From IMG/VR virus record IMGVR_UViG_3300034101_004323, positions 1-64,000 of that record: a stretch of 64,000 nt of DNA. One strand, written 5' to 3'. Of the stretch, positions 9,487-19,173 are shown piece by piece. Under the pieces are notes generated by a model. The model saw nothing but the letters and a program-made list of their open reading frames with translations. It was not told where the DNA came from and made no database searches. Source of the stretch: a virus. The translations under genes and the position numbers were made by a program. The stretch's first letter is position 1. Every line of letters starts with the position of its first letter.

Positions 9487-10942
9487 AGATCTGATACAAA
9501 ATCCAATTTTTCATAAACTCTTAATAGATCATCCGTGTCTGATTCCTGATGATTTTGATTGGAACGCATATATTAATAATAGTCCAGATCTGATGCATAT
9601 TTATGAATTCACTACAGAAATAGAAGCAAAAATTCATTATATGTTATATGGTAAGAGTGAACATAGGAATTATAAAAAGAAATTATCCAATGATGAGACG
9701 CTTACTTTAAAACAATATGAAAATATTTTACATAATTATAAATTTAATCCAAAAATATATAAAATTTTAAATGTTGATTTATCTTATTTCTCTGATCAGG
9801 ATGCTACGTTACATTTTTTACGACACGGAATACAAGAGAAAAGAGAATATTTAACAGATTACGAGTATGGTGATATATTAGAAATATCCAGCAAAAGTAT
9901 AGATAAGATACAAAAAACAGATATATTATTGATTAATCACTCATCATCTTTAACCGGAGCGCCGAAAGCTCTAGTAAATATATATCATCATTTAATTAAA
10001 CAAAATTTAAAGGTATTATTTGTTGACATTCTGCCAACTAATGCTTTAAATGTTGAAAATCAAACATATCATCTAAACAATATGCATCTATTAAAACAAA
10101 TTATTAATAAAAGTAATCCATCCAAAATATATTCTAATTCATTAAATATTTATTTACTATATATATCTAAATTTATAGAAGAATTAAAATATACAACGCT
10201 ATATTTTCATGAAACATATAATGGTTTTAGTATATTTACTAAAGATAAATACAATAATTTATTAAAAAATCAACCAATTTATGTGGTAACGGAAAAAATT
10301 AAAAATGAATTTATATCTAAAGGATTTACCAATATCCACATTTCTCCACCATTCTTACCAACAGAAGAACAATCTCAGATAGATCTTTTAAAACAAGAAA
10401 ATATAGATCATCCTATTGTTAGTATTAATGGAAAATATCCACTAGACATGAATAAGATTATTATAGGAATGTGTGGAACCGTATGTAAAAGAAAAAATTT
10501 CGATCTTTTTGCTAATTTATGCTCTAAACATTCTTATCTACAGTTTTTATGGATTGGAGCAGATTCTAAAAAAATAGATGACGAATACAGGAGTATCAAA
10601 AATCTATTTATTGTTCCAGCAACAAAGAATCCATATAAATATTTTAATATTCTGGACTATTTTTTCTTAACTAGCATATCCGATCCTTGTCCATTTGTTG
10701 TATTAGAAAATCTATATATGAATAAAAAAATCATAGTACTAGACAAAAACATACATTACGAGCATCCAAAAGAAAAACTAGAGAACTTCATTGTTTTATA
10801 CGATCATAATAATGATATCAATACTATTTCTAAAAAAATAAAAAATCTTAATCTCAATAAATTACCAAATAAGACGACTAAAAATATTGATTATATAGTT
10901 CAAGAATTCTCAACACCAAAAATCATACTCGATACGATATAA
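9464..10942 (+). CDS. GT4-like glycosyltransferase with two N-terminal FDW/FNP..Y...DL...H..G..E.R repeats
   Basis: INHSSSLTGAP, GTVCKRKNF, DYFFLTSISDPCPFVVLE (GT-B motifs). Confidence 0.75.
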   Translation: MQKIQSVKDLIQNPIFHKLLIDHPCLIPDDFDWNAYINNSPDLMHIYEFTTEIEAKIHYMLYGKSEHRNYKKKLSNDETLTLKQYENILHNYKFNPKIYKILNVDLSYFSDQDATLHFLRHGIQEKREYLTDYEYGDILEISSKSIDKIQKTDILLINHSSSLTGAPKALVNIYHHLIKQNLKVLFVDILPTNALNVENQTYHLNNMHLLKQIINKSNPSKIYSNSLNIYLLYISKFIEELKYTTLYFHETYNGFSIFTKDKYNNLLKNQPIYVVTEKIKNEFISKGFTNIHISPPFLPTEEQSQIDLLKQENIDHPIVSINGKYPLDMNKIIIGMCGTVCKRKNFDLFANLCSKHSYLQFLWIGADSKKIDDEYRSIKNLFIVPATKNPYKYFNILDYFFLTSISDPCPFVVLENLYMNKKIIVLDKNIHYEHPKEKLENFIVLYDHNNDINTISKKIKNLNLNKLPNKTTKNIDYIVQEFSTPKIILDTI

Positions 10943-10951
10943 AAAACACTG

Positions 10952-10979
10952 TTGACTTTTGATCAGCGTCGAGTATCAT
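10952..10979 (+). promoter_or_regulatory. Sigma70-type promoter, probably leaderless
   Basis: TTGACT-16 nt-TATCAT; ATG at 10986 lies at the expected +1. Confidence 0.55.
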
Positions 10980-10985
10980 ATCTTC

Positions 10986-11453
10986 ATGAGACCATCGTGG
11001 ACAGACTATTTTCTAGGCATGGCTAAAGTTGTATCTCAACGTAGTCATGATGTTCATACAAAACACGGTTGTGTCATTACAGATTCAAATAATAGAATTT
11101 TGGGTGCTGGATATAATGGTTTTGCCAGAGGACTAGACGATCAACAATTGCCAAAGACTAGGCCAGAAAAATATCCATGGATGATTCATGCCGAAAGAAA
11201 TGCTTTATCCAATTGTGTTGTTAGGCCGGATAATGGCGTTGCGTATGTTACCGGTCAATGCTGCAATGACTGCATCATGGCTTTGTGGCAAGAGGGTGTT
11301 ACAAAAGTTTTTATGACAGATGATCACGGAACAAAATTATTCGATAACGAAGCAAAAAAAAGATTTGATGACTTTGTAAGAATGAGCGGAATAGAAATAC
11401 TAATAGTAAAACCTGATCTTTCGTGGATTAAGAATCTTTGCGGTGTATTATGA
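10986..11453 (+). CDS. dCMP deaminase
   Basis: W.DYF...A...SQRS.D, GYNG, HAERNA, CxxC (CNDC). Start placed at MRPSW rather than the TTG at 10959. Confidence 0.9.
   Translation: MRPSWTDYFLGMAKVVSQRSHDVHTKHGCVITDSNNRILGAGYNGFARGLDDQQLPKTRPEKYPWMIHAERNALSNCVVRPDNGVAYVTGQCCNDCIMALWQEGVTKVFMTDDHGTKLFDNEAKKRFDDFVRMSGIEILIVKPDLSWIKNLCGVL
11442..11451 (+). promoter_or_regulatory. GGTGTATTAT motif upstream of nrdB
   Basis: Matches the copies at 2505 and 14598. Confidence 0.4.
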
Positions 11454-11519
11454 TATCACCTAAAATTTTACAACAATCCGCGCCACTCTGCGTAAAATAC
11501 AATATAAAGGAATAAGTAA

Positions 11520-12494
11520 ATGATATTTGATGAACAAATTACTAGAAAACCAGATCACTATCCTTGGACACAAGACTTTATAGAGGCGATGCACAATGGT
11601 TTTTGGACACACAGAGAATTTAGTTTTCAAAGCGATGTGCAAGATTTTCTTGTTAATTTAACAGATCAAGAAAAACAGATTGTTATCAGGGCATTATCCA
11701 CAATAGGTCAATTAGAAATATCTGTAAAGAAATTTTGGGCCAAATTAGGAGATAATTTACCCCATCCATCTATTAACGATATGGGATACGTAATGGCAAA
11801 TGTAGAAGTTATTCATGGAGATGCATACGAAAGACTATTAGAAGTCTTAGGTATTGATGATAGTTTTGATGAAATTCTAAAATTAGATATTATCAAAGGA
11901 CGAGTAAACTATCTCAGGAAACACTTACATAAATTCCATGAAAATAATAAAAAACAATTTGTTTATTCACTAATACTATTTACATTATTTGTTGAAAATA
12001 TTGCTTTGTTTTCTCAATTTTATACAATAAGTTGGTTTGGTAGATATAGAAATCTGCTTAAGGATACAAACAAGCAAGTAGAATATACATCTAGAGAAGA
12101 AAATCTACATGCTATGATAGGTATAAAAATTATCAATGCTATAAAAGAAGAATATCCAGAATTATTTGATGATGAACTAAAAAATAAAATCATATCAGAA
12201 GCATCAGAAGCTATCAAATATGAGTGCCAAATAATAGAGTGGATAGTAAATGGCTACGATCATGATAAATTAAATTCACCACTTTTAAAAGAATTTATTA
12301 AGAACAGGATGAATGAATCATTAGTTAAGATAGGGTTTGATCCTGTATTCGATGTTGATGAAGAAGTAATAGCAAAAACATCATGGTTTGATGAACAGGT
12401 ACTAGGAAATAATATGACAGATTTTTTCCATAGCAGACCAGTAGAATATGCAAAAAGCACACAAAGTTTTACAGAAGAAGATTTATTTAATTAG
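11520..12494 (+). CDS. nrdB: Ribonucleotide reductase class I beta subunit (class Id-like)
   Basis: QLEISVKKFW, EVIHGDAY, ENIALFSQF, REENLH, DFFHSRPVEY. Confidence 0.95.
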   Translation: MIFDEQITRKPDHYPWTQDFIEAMHNGFWTHREFSFQSDVQDFLVNLTDQEKQIVIRALSTIGQLEISVKKFWAKLGDNLPHPSINDMGYVMANVEVIHGDAYERLLEVLGIDDSFDEILKLDIIKGRVNYLRKHLHKFHENNKKQFVYSLILFTLFVENIALFSQFYTISWFGRYRNLLKDTNKQVEYTSREENLHAMIGIKIINAIKEEYPELFDDELKNKIISEASEAIKYECQIIEWIVNGYDHDKLNSPLLKEFIKNRMNESLVKIGFDPVFDVDEEVIAKTSWFDEQVLGNNMTDFFHSRPVEYAKSTQSFTEEDLFN

Positions 12495-12508
12495 GACAAA
12501 TAAGGAAT

Positions 12509-14158
12509 ATGAATAAGAAATATTACTGGTTAAATTCTCATAGTAGAATTTTTCTTGAGAGAGGCTATCTAAAAGAAGGCGTCACTCCAGAAGAAAGAGT
12601 TAGACAGATTGCAGAAAATGCAGAGAGTATTTTACATATTCCTGGATTTGCAGACAAGTTTGAAGACTATATGAGTAGGGGTTTTTATTCATTATCAACC
12701 CCAGTATGGACAAACTATGGGAATAATAGAGGACTACCTGTTTCATGTTTTAGTTCTTATATTCCTGATACTATGGATGGGATATTAGATAAAGTAGCAG
12801 AAGTTGGAATGATGAGTAAACTTGGTGGAGGAACATCAGGGTTCTTTGGAGACTTAAGAGAAAGAGGAGCAAAAATTAGTGTTGGAGGAGAATCTAGTGG
12901 TCCTGTACATTTTATGGAGCTTTTTGATAAAGTTGCCGAAGTTGTATCTCAAGGGTCAGCACGTAGAGGGTCATTTGCTGCTTATTTACCAATAGAACAT
13001 CCAGACATTAATGAGTTTTTGCAAATAAGATCAGAAGGACACAATATTCAAAACATGAGTATTGGTGTTACAATAACTGATGATTGGATGAAAGATATGG
13101 TTGACGGTGATAAGGATAAGAGAAAAATTTGGGCTAAAATTATTCAAAAAAGATTTGAAACAGGATATCCTTATCTTGTATTCATAGATAATGTTAATAA
13201 TAGTGCTCCACAACCATATATAGATCAAAAACTAAAGATCAAGAATAGTAATCTATGCTCAGAAATAACCTTATATACTGATGAACAAAATTCATTCGTT
13301 TGTGTTCTGTCTTCTCTCAATCTTCTTCATTGGGATGAAATAAAAGATACAGACGCTATAGAGACATTAATATATTTCTTAGATTCTGTTAATGAAGAAT
13401 TTATTCGTAAAACAAAAAATTTAAGATTCATGGAATCTGCTAGAAACTTTGCCATGAACCAAAGAGCTTTGGGCATGGGTGTTCTTGGATGGCATTCTTT
13501 ATTGCAGTCTAAAATGATTAGTTTTGAATCTATGCAGGCTAAATTATTAAATACAGAAATTTGGAAAACAATTAGGACTAAAGCGGATAATGCAACAACT
13601 GAATTAGCCAAACTTTTAGGAGAACCTCCTTTAATAAAAGGATATGGTAGACGAAATGTAACAACATTAGCTGTTGCTCCAACAACCTCAAGTTCTTTTA
13701 TTCTTGGTCAAGTAAGTCCATCTATTGAGCCTCTTAATTCAAATTATTTTGTTAAAAAATTAGCTAAGGGTAATTTTACATATAAAAATCCATATTTAAA
13801 AAAACTACTAAAGGATAAAGATCAAGATAAAGAAAATATCTGGAAAGACATACTGATAAGAGGAGGATCTGTACAACATCTAGACTTTTTATCACAGGAA
13901 GAAAAAGATATCTTTAAAACTTTTGGAGAAATTTCTCAGAAAGAAATTGTTATTCAAAACATTCAAAGACAAAAATATATTGATCAAGCTATTTCTCTAA
14001 ACTTAATGATTCCACCAAATTCTCAAGCTAAAGAAGTTAGTGAGTTATTGATATACGGATGGGAGAATGGAGTGAAAACATTTTACTATCAAAGATCGTC
14101 CAATCCTGCTCAAGAATTAGTACGAAGTATTTTAACCTGTTCGTCATGTGAGGCATAA
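12509..14158 (+). CDS. nrdA: Ribonucleotide reductase class I alpha subunit, compact, no ATP cone
   Basis: PVSCF, GGGT, SNLCSEI, APTTSSS, KTFYYQR, C-terminal CSSC. Confidence 0.95.
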   Translation: MNKKYYWLNSHSRIFLERGYLKEGVTPEERVRQIAENAESILHIPGFADKFEDYMSRGFYSLSTPVWTNYGNNRGLPVSCFSSYIPDTMDGILDKVAEVGMMSKLGGGTSGFFGDLRERGAKISVGGESSGPVHFMELFDKVAEVVSQGSARRGSFAAYLPIEHPDINEFLQIRSEGHNIQNMSIGVTITDDWMKDMVDGDKDKRKIWAKIIQKRFETGYPYLVFIDNVNNSAPQPYIDQKLKIKNSNLCSEITLYTDEQNSFVCVLSSLNLLHWDEIKDTDAIETLIYFLDSVNEEFIRKTKNLRFMESARNFAMNQRALGMGVLGWHSLLQSKMISFESMQAKLLNTEIWKTIRTKADNATTELAKLLGEPPLIKGYGRRNVTTLAVAPTTSSSFILGQVSPSIEPLNSNYFVKKLAKGNFTYKNPYLKKLLKDKDQDKENIWKDILIRGGSVQHLDFLSQEEKDIFKTFGEISQKEIVIQNIQRQKYIDQAISLNLMIPPNSQAKEVSELLIYGWENGVKTFYYQRSSNPAQELVRSILTCSSCEA

Positions 14159-14584
14159 ATGATAAAAGTTAAAAGCGTACATCCAGAAGCTAAACTACCT
14201 ACTAGAGCGAACAATAATGATGCTGGTGCAGATTTATACTCTGTTGAGCATAAAGTCGTTGAACCATTAACGAGAGCTTTAATTAGTACCGGTATAACTA
14301 TAGAATTGCCAGAAAATGTATATGGTCGTATAGCACCAAGATCTGGTCTAGCATTTAAACATGGACTAGATATTTTAGCTGGTGTTATAGACGAAGGATA
14401 CAGAGGTACTGTTGGTGTTATTGTATATAATACAGACAAAGAAAAATCCTATGAAATCAATATTGGTGATAAAATCGCTCAACTAATTATAGAAACATAT
14501 CATAAAGAATCATTCGATTGGAGCGACAATTTGAGTGATTCTGAAAGATCTGAGAAAGGATTTGGGTCATCTGGAACTAAATAA
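14159..14584 (+). CDS. dut: Trimeric dUTPase
   Basis: AGADL, RSGLA, GVIDEGYRG, GDKIAQL, RSEKGFGSSG. Confidence 0.95.
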   Translation: MIKVKSVHPEAKLPTRANNNDAGADLYSVEHKVVEPLTRALISTGITIELPENVYGRIAPRSGLAFKHGLDILAGVIDEGYRGTVGVIVYNTDKEKSYEINIGDKIAQLIIETYHKESFDWSDNLSDSERSEKGFGSSGTK

Positions 14585-14597
14585 TATTTTATGGTAA

Positions 14598-14608
14598 GGT
14601 GTATTATA
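14598..14608 (+). promoter_or_regulatory. GGTGTATTATA motif upstream of phoH
   Basis: Intergenic, identical to 2505-2515. Confidence 0.5.
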
Positions 14609-14650
14609 TTATATATGATTGCTTACATCTTTCTATAAAGAGAGGCTCAA

Positions 14651-15379
14651 TTGAAAAAAAATAATAAAGCTGGTAAGAACAAACAAAGGGTTATCGATGC
14701 TACAAATAATATTCAACCAACCGCACTATCTTATAGAAATAAATTAAAACCAAGAACAGAAAACCAAAAAAACTATGTTAAGTCTATTATAGATAATACA
14801 ATTACATTTTGTCAAGGATTGGCTGGTAGTGGAAAAACACATATTGCTATTGGTATGGCAATAGAATCACTACTAGAAAATAAAGTTAATAAAATTATAA
14901 TAACAAGACCAGTTATAGAAGCCGGAGAAAAATTAGGATATCTTCCAGGATCAGCAGAAGAAAAACTTCATCCTTATTTATTACCAATCATTGATGAAAT
15001 TCATCATTTCATTACTCCAGCCCAATATGCATCATTCAAACTTAATAATAAAATAGAAGTCGTACCATTAGGATTGATGAGAGGTAGAAATTTTCATAAT
15101 TGTTTTATTGTGGCAGATGAGTGCCAAAATGCATCATATGAGCAATTAAAGATGTTATTGACAAGAACTGGTCAACAAAGTAAAATGGTGCTAACCGGTG
15201 ATATAGGACAGTCAGATCTTAGCAGACATTTACAAGGCGGCTTTATCACAATGATAGAAGCTCTTGAAGGTGTTGTTGGAATAGGATATTGTAAACTAGA
15301 ATCATCTGATATTATTAGAAATGCGATCATATCAGATATTCTATCTAAATTAGATATTTATGAAAGAAATAGAACATAA
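14651..15379 (+). CDS. phoH: PhoH-family ATPase
   Basis: GLAGSGKT, ITRP, LGYLPG, MRGRNF, DECQN, GDIGQSD; TTG start after GAGG. Confidence 0.95.
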   Translation: MKKNNKAGKNKQRVIDATNNIQPTALSYRNKLKPRTENQKNYVKSIIDNTITFCQGLAGSGKTHIAIGMAIESLLENKVNKIIITRPVIEAGEKLGYLPGSAEEKLHPYLLPIIDEIHHFITPAQYASFKLNNKIEVVPLGLMRGRNFHNCFIVADECQNASYEQLKMLLTRTGQQSKMVLTGDIGQSDLSRHLQGGFITMIEALEGVVGIGYCKLESSDIIRNAIISDILSKLDIYERNRT

Positions 15380-15962
15380 GAAATGCCTGCTATTAAATGC
15401 AGACTATACTCCTATACATATAATATCTTGGAAGAAGGCTATTATATGGTCTATGAAATATACATCAGAGCATAAATATGCTATTGAGATAATATCTTAT
15501 TACAATGATGAATTTATACAAGGTAGTTGTGGTAAAAAGCACCCAGTTCCTGCTGTAGCAAAAATTCGGCAATTTTTTAATCTTTATCGCAAGAATATTA
15601 ATTTTTCTCGTAGAAATTTATTTATAAGAGATAATTATACCTGTCAATATTGCGCTAAGAAATTATCAATTGCACAATTAACATATGATCATGTTATTCC
15701 AAAAAGTAGATTTGATATAAAGAATAAACATAAATGTACAAACTGGACTAATATTGTAACTTGTTGCTGGGAATGTAATAATAAAAAAGGAAACAAAACA
15801 CCCAAAGAAGCCAATATGATACTTCTTAATCAGCCAATTATTCCCAAATATTGTTCTGTGTACTTGCCGTGGTATCGTGACTTTTTTACTATAAGTGGTA
15901 GTTTTCCAGAGTGGACACCGTTCATAGAAGGTTATATCAATAATGAGAGTAAATGCATCTGA
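15360..15962 (+). CDS. HNH endonuclease (McrA/HNH_5-like)
   Basis: LLLNADY, FSRRNLFIRDNYTCQYC, TYDHVIP, WTNIVTCCWECNNKKG. Confidence 0.9.
   Translation: MKEIEHKKCLLLNADYTPIHIISWKKAIIWSMKYTSEHKYAIEIISYYNDEFIQGSCGKKHPVPAVAKIRQFFNLYRKNINFSRRNLFIRDNYTCQYCAKKLSIAQLTYDHVIPKSRFDIKNKHKCTNWTNIVTCCWECNNKKGNKTPKEANMILLNQPIIPKYCSVYLPWYRDFFTISGSFPEWTPFIEGYINNESKCI
15864..15892 (+). promoter_or_regulatory. Possible internal sigma70-type promoter for downstream genes
   Basis: TTGCCG-17 nt-TACTAT, about 50 nt upstream of the start at 15943. Confidence 0.35.
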
Positions 15963-16356
15963 TTATAAAATTTCTACACGAGATACAACAGAAGACAAAT
16001 TTTATACAATAAATGGTTCAGAATCTTTTATTGATGATAATGGAGATCCTAGAACAACAAAAGAATCTGATAAGATTTATGCTAAAGCAACAAAAAGCTA
16101 TTCGTCAAAAGATTTACATAATAAAACTTTACAGTATAGATATTATATATTAACAGATTCAAATAATAATCTTTATAATCCTATAGAAGAATCATCACTA
16201 CTATCTATTACGACCAAAAATCAATCATATATAAATAAGGTTTGTAAAAACGAACAAATCTTTACAGAAGTTAGTCAGAGCATTTTTAATCAATATATTT
16301 CTTTTTTGAAAACAAAAAGCAAGAAATTCTTAATCTCTGCCCAACGAGAAATATAA
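15943..16356 (+). CDS. Hypothetical protein (paralog of 17039-17428)
   Basis: FIDDxxxPR...LYNP...EV...Y..FLKT...A.RE pattern shared with the paralog. Confidence 0.75.
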   Translation: MRVNASDYKISTRDTTEDKFYTINGSESFIDDNGDPRTTKESDKIYAKATKSYSSKDLHNKTLQYRYYILTDSNNNLYNPIEESSLLSITTKNQSYINKVCKNEQIFTEVSQSIFNQYISFLKTKSKKFLISAQREI

Positions 16357-16360
16357 CTCT

Positions 16361-16705
16361 ATGCCGACATACTCATACTTATGCAATAGCTGTAAGGCTG
16401 ATTTTGAATTATTCTTCTATATTAAGGACTATACAGAACATCCTACTTGTCCAGTATGCAAGAAAAAAACAACTGATCGTAATTATAGTATAGACATGCT
16501 GACGCTAAACTCCTCTGTCAAAAAATCTGACACTGAATTAAAAACGATTGGAGATTTAGCTAACAGGAATAGAGACAGAATGACTGAGGATGAAAAAAAT
16601 GCTTTGTATATAAAGCATAATTCTTATAAAGAAGAACCTAGTGAAAAACCACTTCCTAAAGGAATGACTAGACTTAAGAAACAAAACAAAATAAAATGGA
16701 CATGA
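16361..16705 (+). CDS. FmdB-family zinc-ribbon protein
   Basis: MPTYSYLCNSC...FE...CPVC. Confidence 0.8.
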   Translation: MPTYSYLCNSCKADFELFFYIKDYTEHPTCPVCKKKTTDRNYSIDMLTLNSSVKKSDTELKTIGDLANRNRDRMTEDEKNALYIKHNSYKEEPSEKPLPKGMTRLKKQNKIKWT

Positions 16706-16709
16706 TATA

Positions 16710-17042
16710 ATGTTAAACCAAGACGAAATGAACGAAAAACTAAAAGAGATACAGGATCTGAGTATAGAAGAATTAAAAAATATTCTAGAAATTAATAAGG
16801 ACTATGAATTTGAAGACAATAAAAAATTAATATCATGTGCTCATGAAATAGTATTTGCTATAAATGCTTCGGTCTTAATGGAAAATGAAAAGGGAGAACT
16901 AACAGGAACCAGAGAAGTTTGTTCTAAGAATTTCCATATTCCTGTGCCAATAGATAAAGACTATGAAATATTTATGAAAACATTCTTTGACTATATAGAA
17001 AACTGTTTGATCAACGGCATACAAGAAAGTTCAAAACCATGA
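16710..17042 (+). CDS. Hypothetical protein
   Basis: 110-aa ORF in a tightly packed operon. Confidence 0.65.
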   Translation: MLNQDEMNEKLKEIQDLSIEELKNILEINKDYEFEDNKKLISCAHEIVFAINASVLMENEKGELTGTREVCSKNFHIPVPIDKDYEIFMKTFFDYIENCLINGIQESSKP

Positions 17043-17428
17043 AAGATAATCAATTTATTTTTACACAAAATCATTCTGAAAAATCAGAAGCCAATAAAGA
17101 TAGATTTTTTTGTTTATTAGAAGATAAAGATTTTATTGACGATCAAAATAATCCTAGACTAAAAACAGAAGATGATAAAGTATTAGCAAAAATAAAATAT
17201 AAACCAAATGGTATTCCTAAATATCTAATTAGGATAGATGATACTAAAAAATTATTTAATCCAACATTAGATTTACCAGAAACAAAAAATATAAAACTAT
17301 TACATTCTATCGGTCAAGAGACAATGATATTTAAGGAAGTAAATAAAAAAGTATTCGATTTCTATTTGATGTTCCTTAAAACAACTAATACTTCGTGGAT
17401 TTTAAACGCTGAAAGAGAGGATATATAA
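17039..17428 (+). CDS. Hypothetical protein (paralog of 15943-16356)
   Basis: ATGA coupling; motifs shared with 15943-16356. Confidence 0.75.
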   Translation: MKDNQFIFTQNHSEKSEANKDRFFCLLEDKDFIDDQNNPRLKTEDDKVLAKIKYKPNGIPKYLIRIDDTKKLFNPTLDLPETKNIKLLHSIGQETMIFKEVNKKVFDFYLMFLKTTNTSWILNAEREDI

Positions 17429-17760
17429 TGTCAAAACTAAATAAAACACAAATATATGCTATAAGATGGTTAGCCAATCAAGGAACCACACAAGAAAGTA
17501 TAGCATCAGAGCTTGATCTTAACATAGAACAGGTTATAAAAACATTAGAGAAATATGGAACGTCCAATCAGAACAATAATATAGAAGCAAAACAAAGTCC
17601 AGCCAAAACATCGAATATGATAACGGAAACTTCTGTCAAAAAGACTAAGAATGTAGCGATCATGACAAAAGAAGCTTCTGAACAACATGATGCTATGAGA
17701 CATAAGACACACCCTATGAACAATGAAAGCTCTATTTTTAGACCAAAGAACAATGGATAA
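17428..17760 (+). CDS. Putative helix-turn-helix DNA-binding protein
   Basis: GAGG SD; TTQESIASELDLNIEQVIKTL resembles an HTH. Confidence 0.55.
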   Translation: MSKLNKTQIYAIRWLANQGTTQESIASELDLNIEQVIKTLEKYGTSNQNNNIEAKQSPAKTSNMITETSVKKTKNVAIMTKEASEQHDAMRHKTHPMNNESSIFRPKNNG

Positions 17761-18163
17761 ATATACTTCAAAGTATTCAAATGGAAAATCAGTATCAGCA
17801 GTACAATATATAACAGAACTAATATGTGAAAATAAAGCAAGAAAAGATAAAACAGATTTGCATTATAGATTTTGGACAACAAAATCTTGGTCTGCATTCT
17901 ATAGAAATCAGATAGCGTCTGCCAATAAGCTAATTGAAAAATATGATGCAAAAGCAATTATAGCAGCACTTAGACACAAGGATGCAGAAAGAATATATTC
18001 ATTGCGAGCCCCTCATCTACCGGCTATAATAGAAAAAATGCAAAACGAGATCAACGCTCAAAATACTATATTAACACAAAAATTTGATAGAAAAGACAAG
18101 TTGACTCTTAGACCAAACCAAAAGACAAATAGCATTATTTCAAGACTAGAGGAATTAGAATGA
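17753..18163 (+). CDS. Hypothetical protein
   Basis: Likely start MDKYTSKYS, overlapping the previous stop. Confidence 0.65.
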   Translation: MDKYTSKYSNGKSVSAVQYITELICENKARKDKTDLHYRFWTTKSWSAFYRNQIASANKLIEKYDAKAIIAALRHKDAERIYSLRAPHLPAIIEKMQNEINAQNTILTQKFDRKDKLTLRPNQKTNSIISRLEELE

Positions 18164-19173
18164 CACTAAAAGAGGACGTGATTAAAAATTTTGGTGACGA
18201 AATTATCCTAACAGGCAATGCTCTGGTAGATAAAAAAGTTCTTACTATTCCAGTAGGTCCATCACTAGATATTGCTTTGAATGGCGGGATTCCAGAGGGC
18301 AGTTTTGTTGTATTAACTGGTCAGCCTAAATGTGGTAAAACAACAACATCCCTGGACTTCTCTGCTACAGCACAAAAGAAAGAATATGCTTATGGTTCCT
18401 TTAAGGAAGGAAGACAAGTGTATTACCTTAACATTGAAGGTAGATTGAAGAAAAGAGACTTAGAAGGCATTCCAGGTCTAGACCTATCAAGATTTCATAT
18501 TATAGGAAGTCAACAAGGAAAGATATTACATGGTGAGGAATATCTACAAATTGCTGAAAGGATTATTAATGAGGCTCCAGGATGTGTCCTTATCATAGAC
18601 TCCTACTCTGCTTTATGTACAGAAGCTGAAATTACAAGCGATATGGATAAAATGCAAAGAGCAGATGGAGCAAAGCTATTAGCTAAATTTTGTCGAAAAG
18701 TAGCTAATGTTATTCCAGTAAATAAAAATATAGTTATAGGTATCACACATCTTATGGGCAATCCAACAGGATATGGTGCAGAATTTAAGGAGAAGAGTGG
18801 ACAAGCTATTGCTTATCAAACAGATATAAAATTACGAGCAAAAACATTTAAGCCATGGGTTGTTGGTACCGATAATACACAAATAGGACAAGAAATAGAA
18901 TGGCAAGTTGTTTGTTCTGCTCTTGGTCCTCCTGGGGCTGTTACAACTAGTTATATTAGATATGGTCAGGGTATTGATAGATATACAGAACTTATTAATC
19001 TTGCTTGTGATGTTGGTATTATTAACAAGGGCGGTGCATGGTATACCATAACAAATTTAGAAGATAAACCAAAATTTCAAGGAACCGAAAAAGTAAGAGC
19101 TTTTCTTTTAGATAATAGCGAAGCATACACAAAAATAGAACAAGATGTTAAGAGTGTTTTGGGAATCAAATGA
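18160..19173 (+). CDS. recA: RecA/UvsX-like recombinase
   Basis: SLDIALNGGIP, GQPKCGKTT (Walker A), LIIDS (Walker B), GIINKGGAWY. Confidence 0.9.
   Translation: MTLKEDVIKNFGDEIILTGNALVDKKVLTIPVGPSLDIALNGGIPEGSFVVLTGQPKCGKTTTSLDFSATAQKKEYAYGSFKEGRQVYYLNIEGRLKKRDLEGIPGLDLSRFHIIGSQQGKILHGEEYLQIAERIINEAPGCVLIIDSYSALCTEAEITSDMDKMQRADGAKLLAKFCRKVANVIPVNKNIVIGITHLMGNPTGYGAEFKEKSGQAIAYQTDIKLRAKTFKPWVVGTDNTQIGQEIEWQVVCSALGPPGAVTTSYIRYGQGIDRYTELINLACDVGIINKGGAWYTITNLEDKPKFQGTEKVRAFLLDNSEAYTKIEQDVKSVLGIK

Noticed and set aside
11465-11512. Possible NrdR box (ATACAATATAAAGGAA) and ATTTTAC/GTAAAAT hairpin upstream of nrdB
   Set aside because: Single imperfect AT-rich match; NrdR boxes usually occur in pairs, so not supportable by eye.
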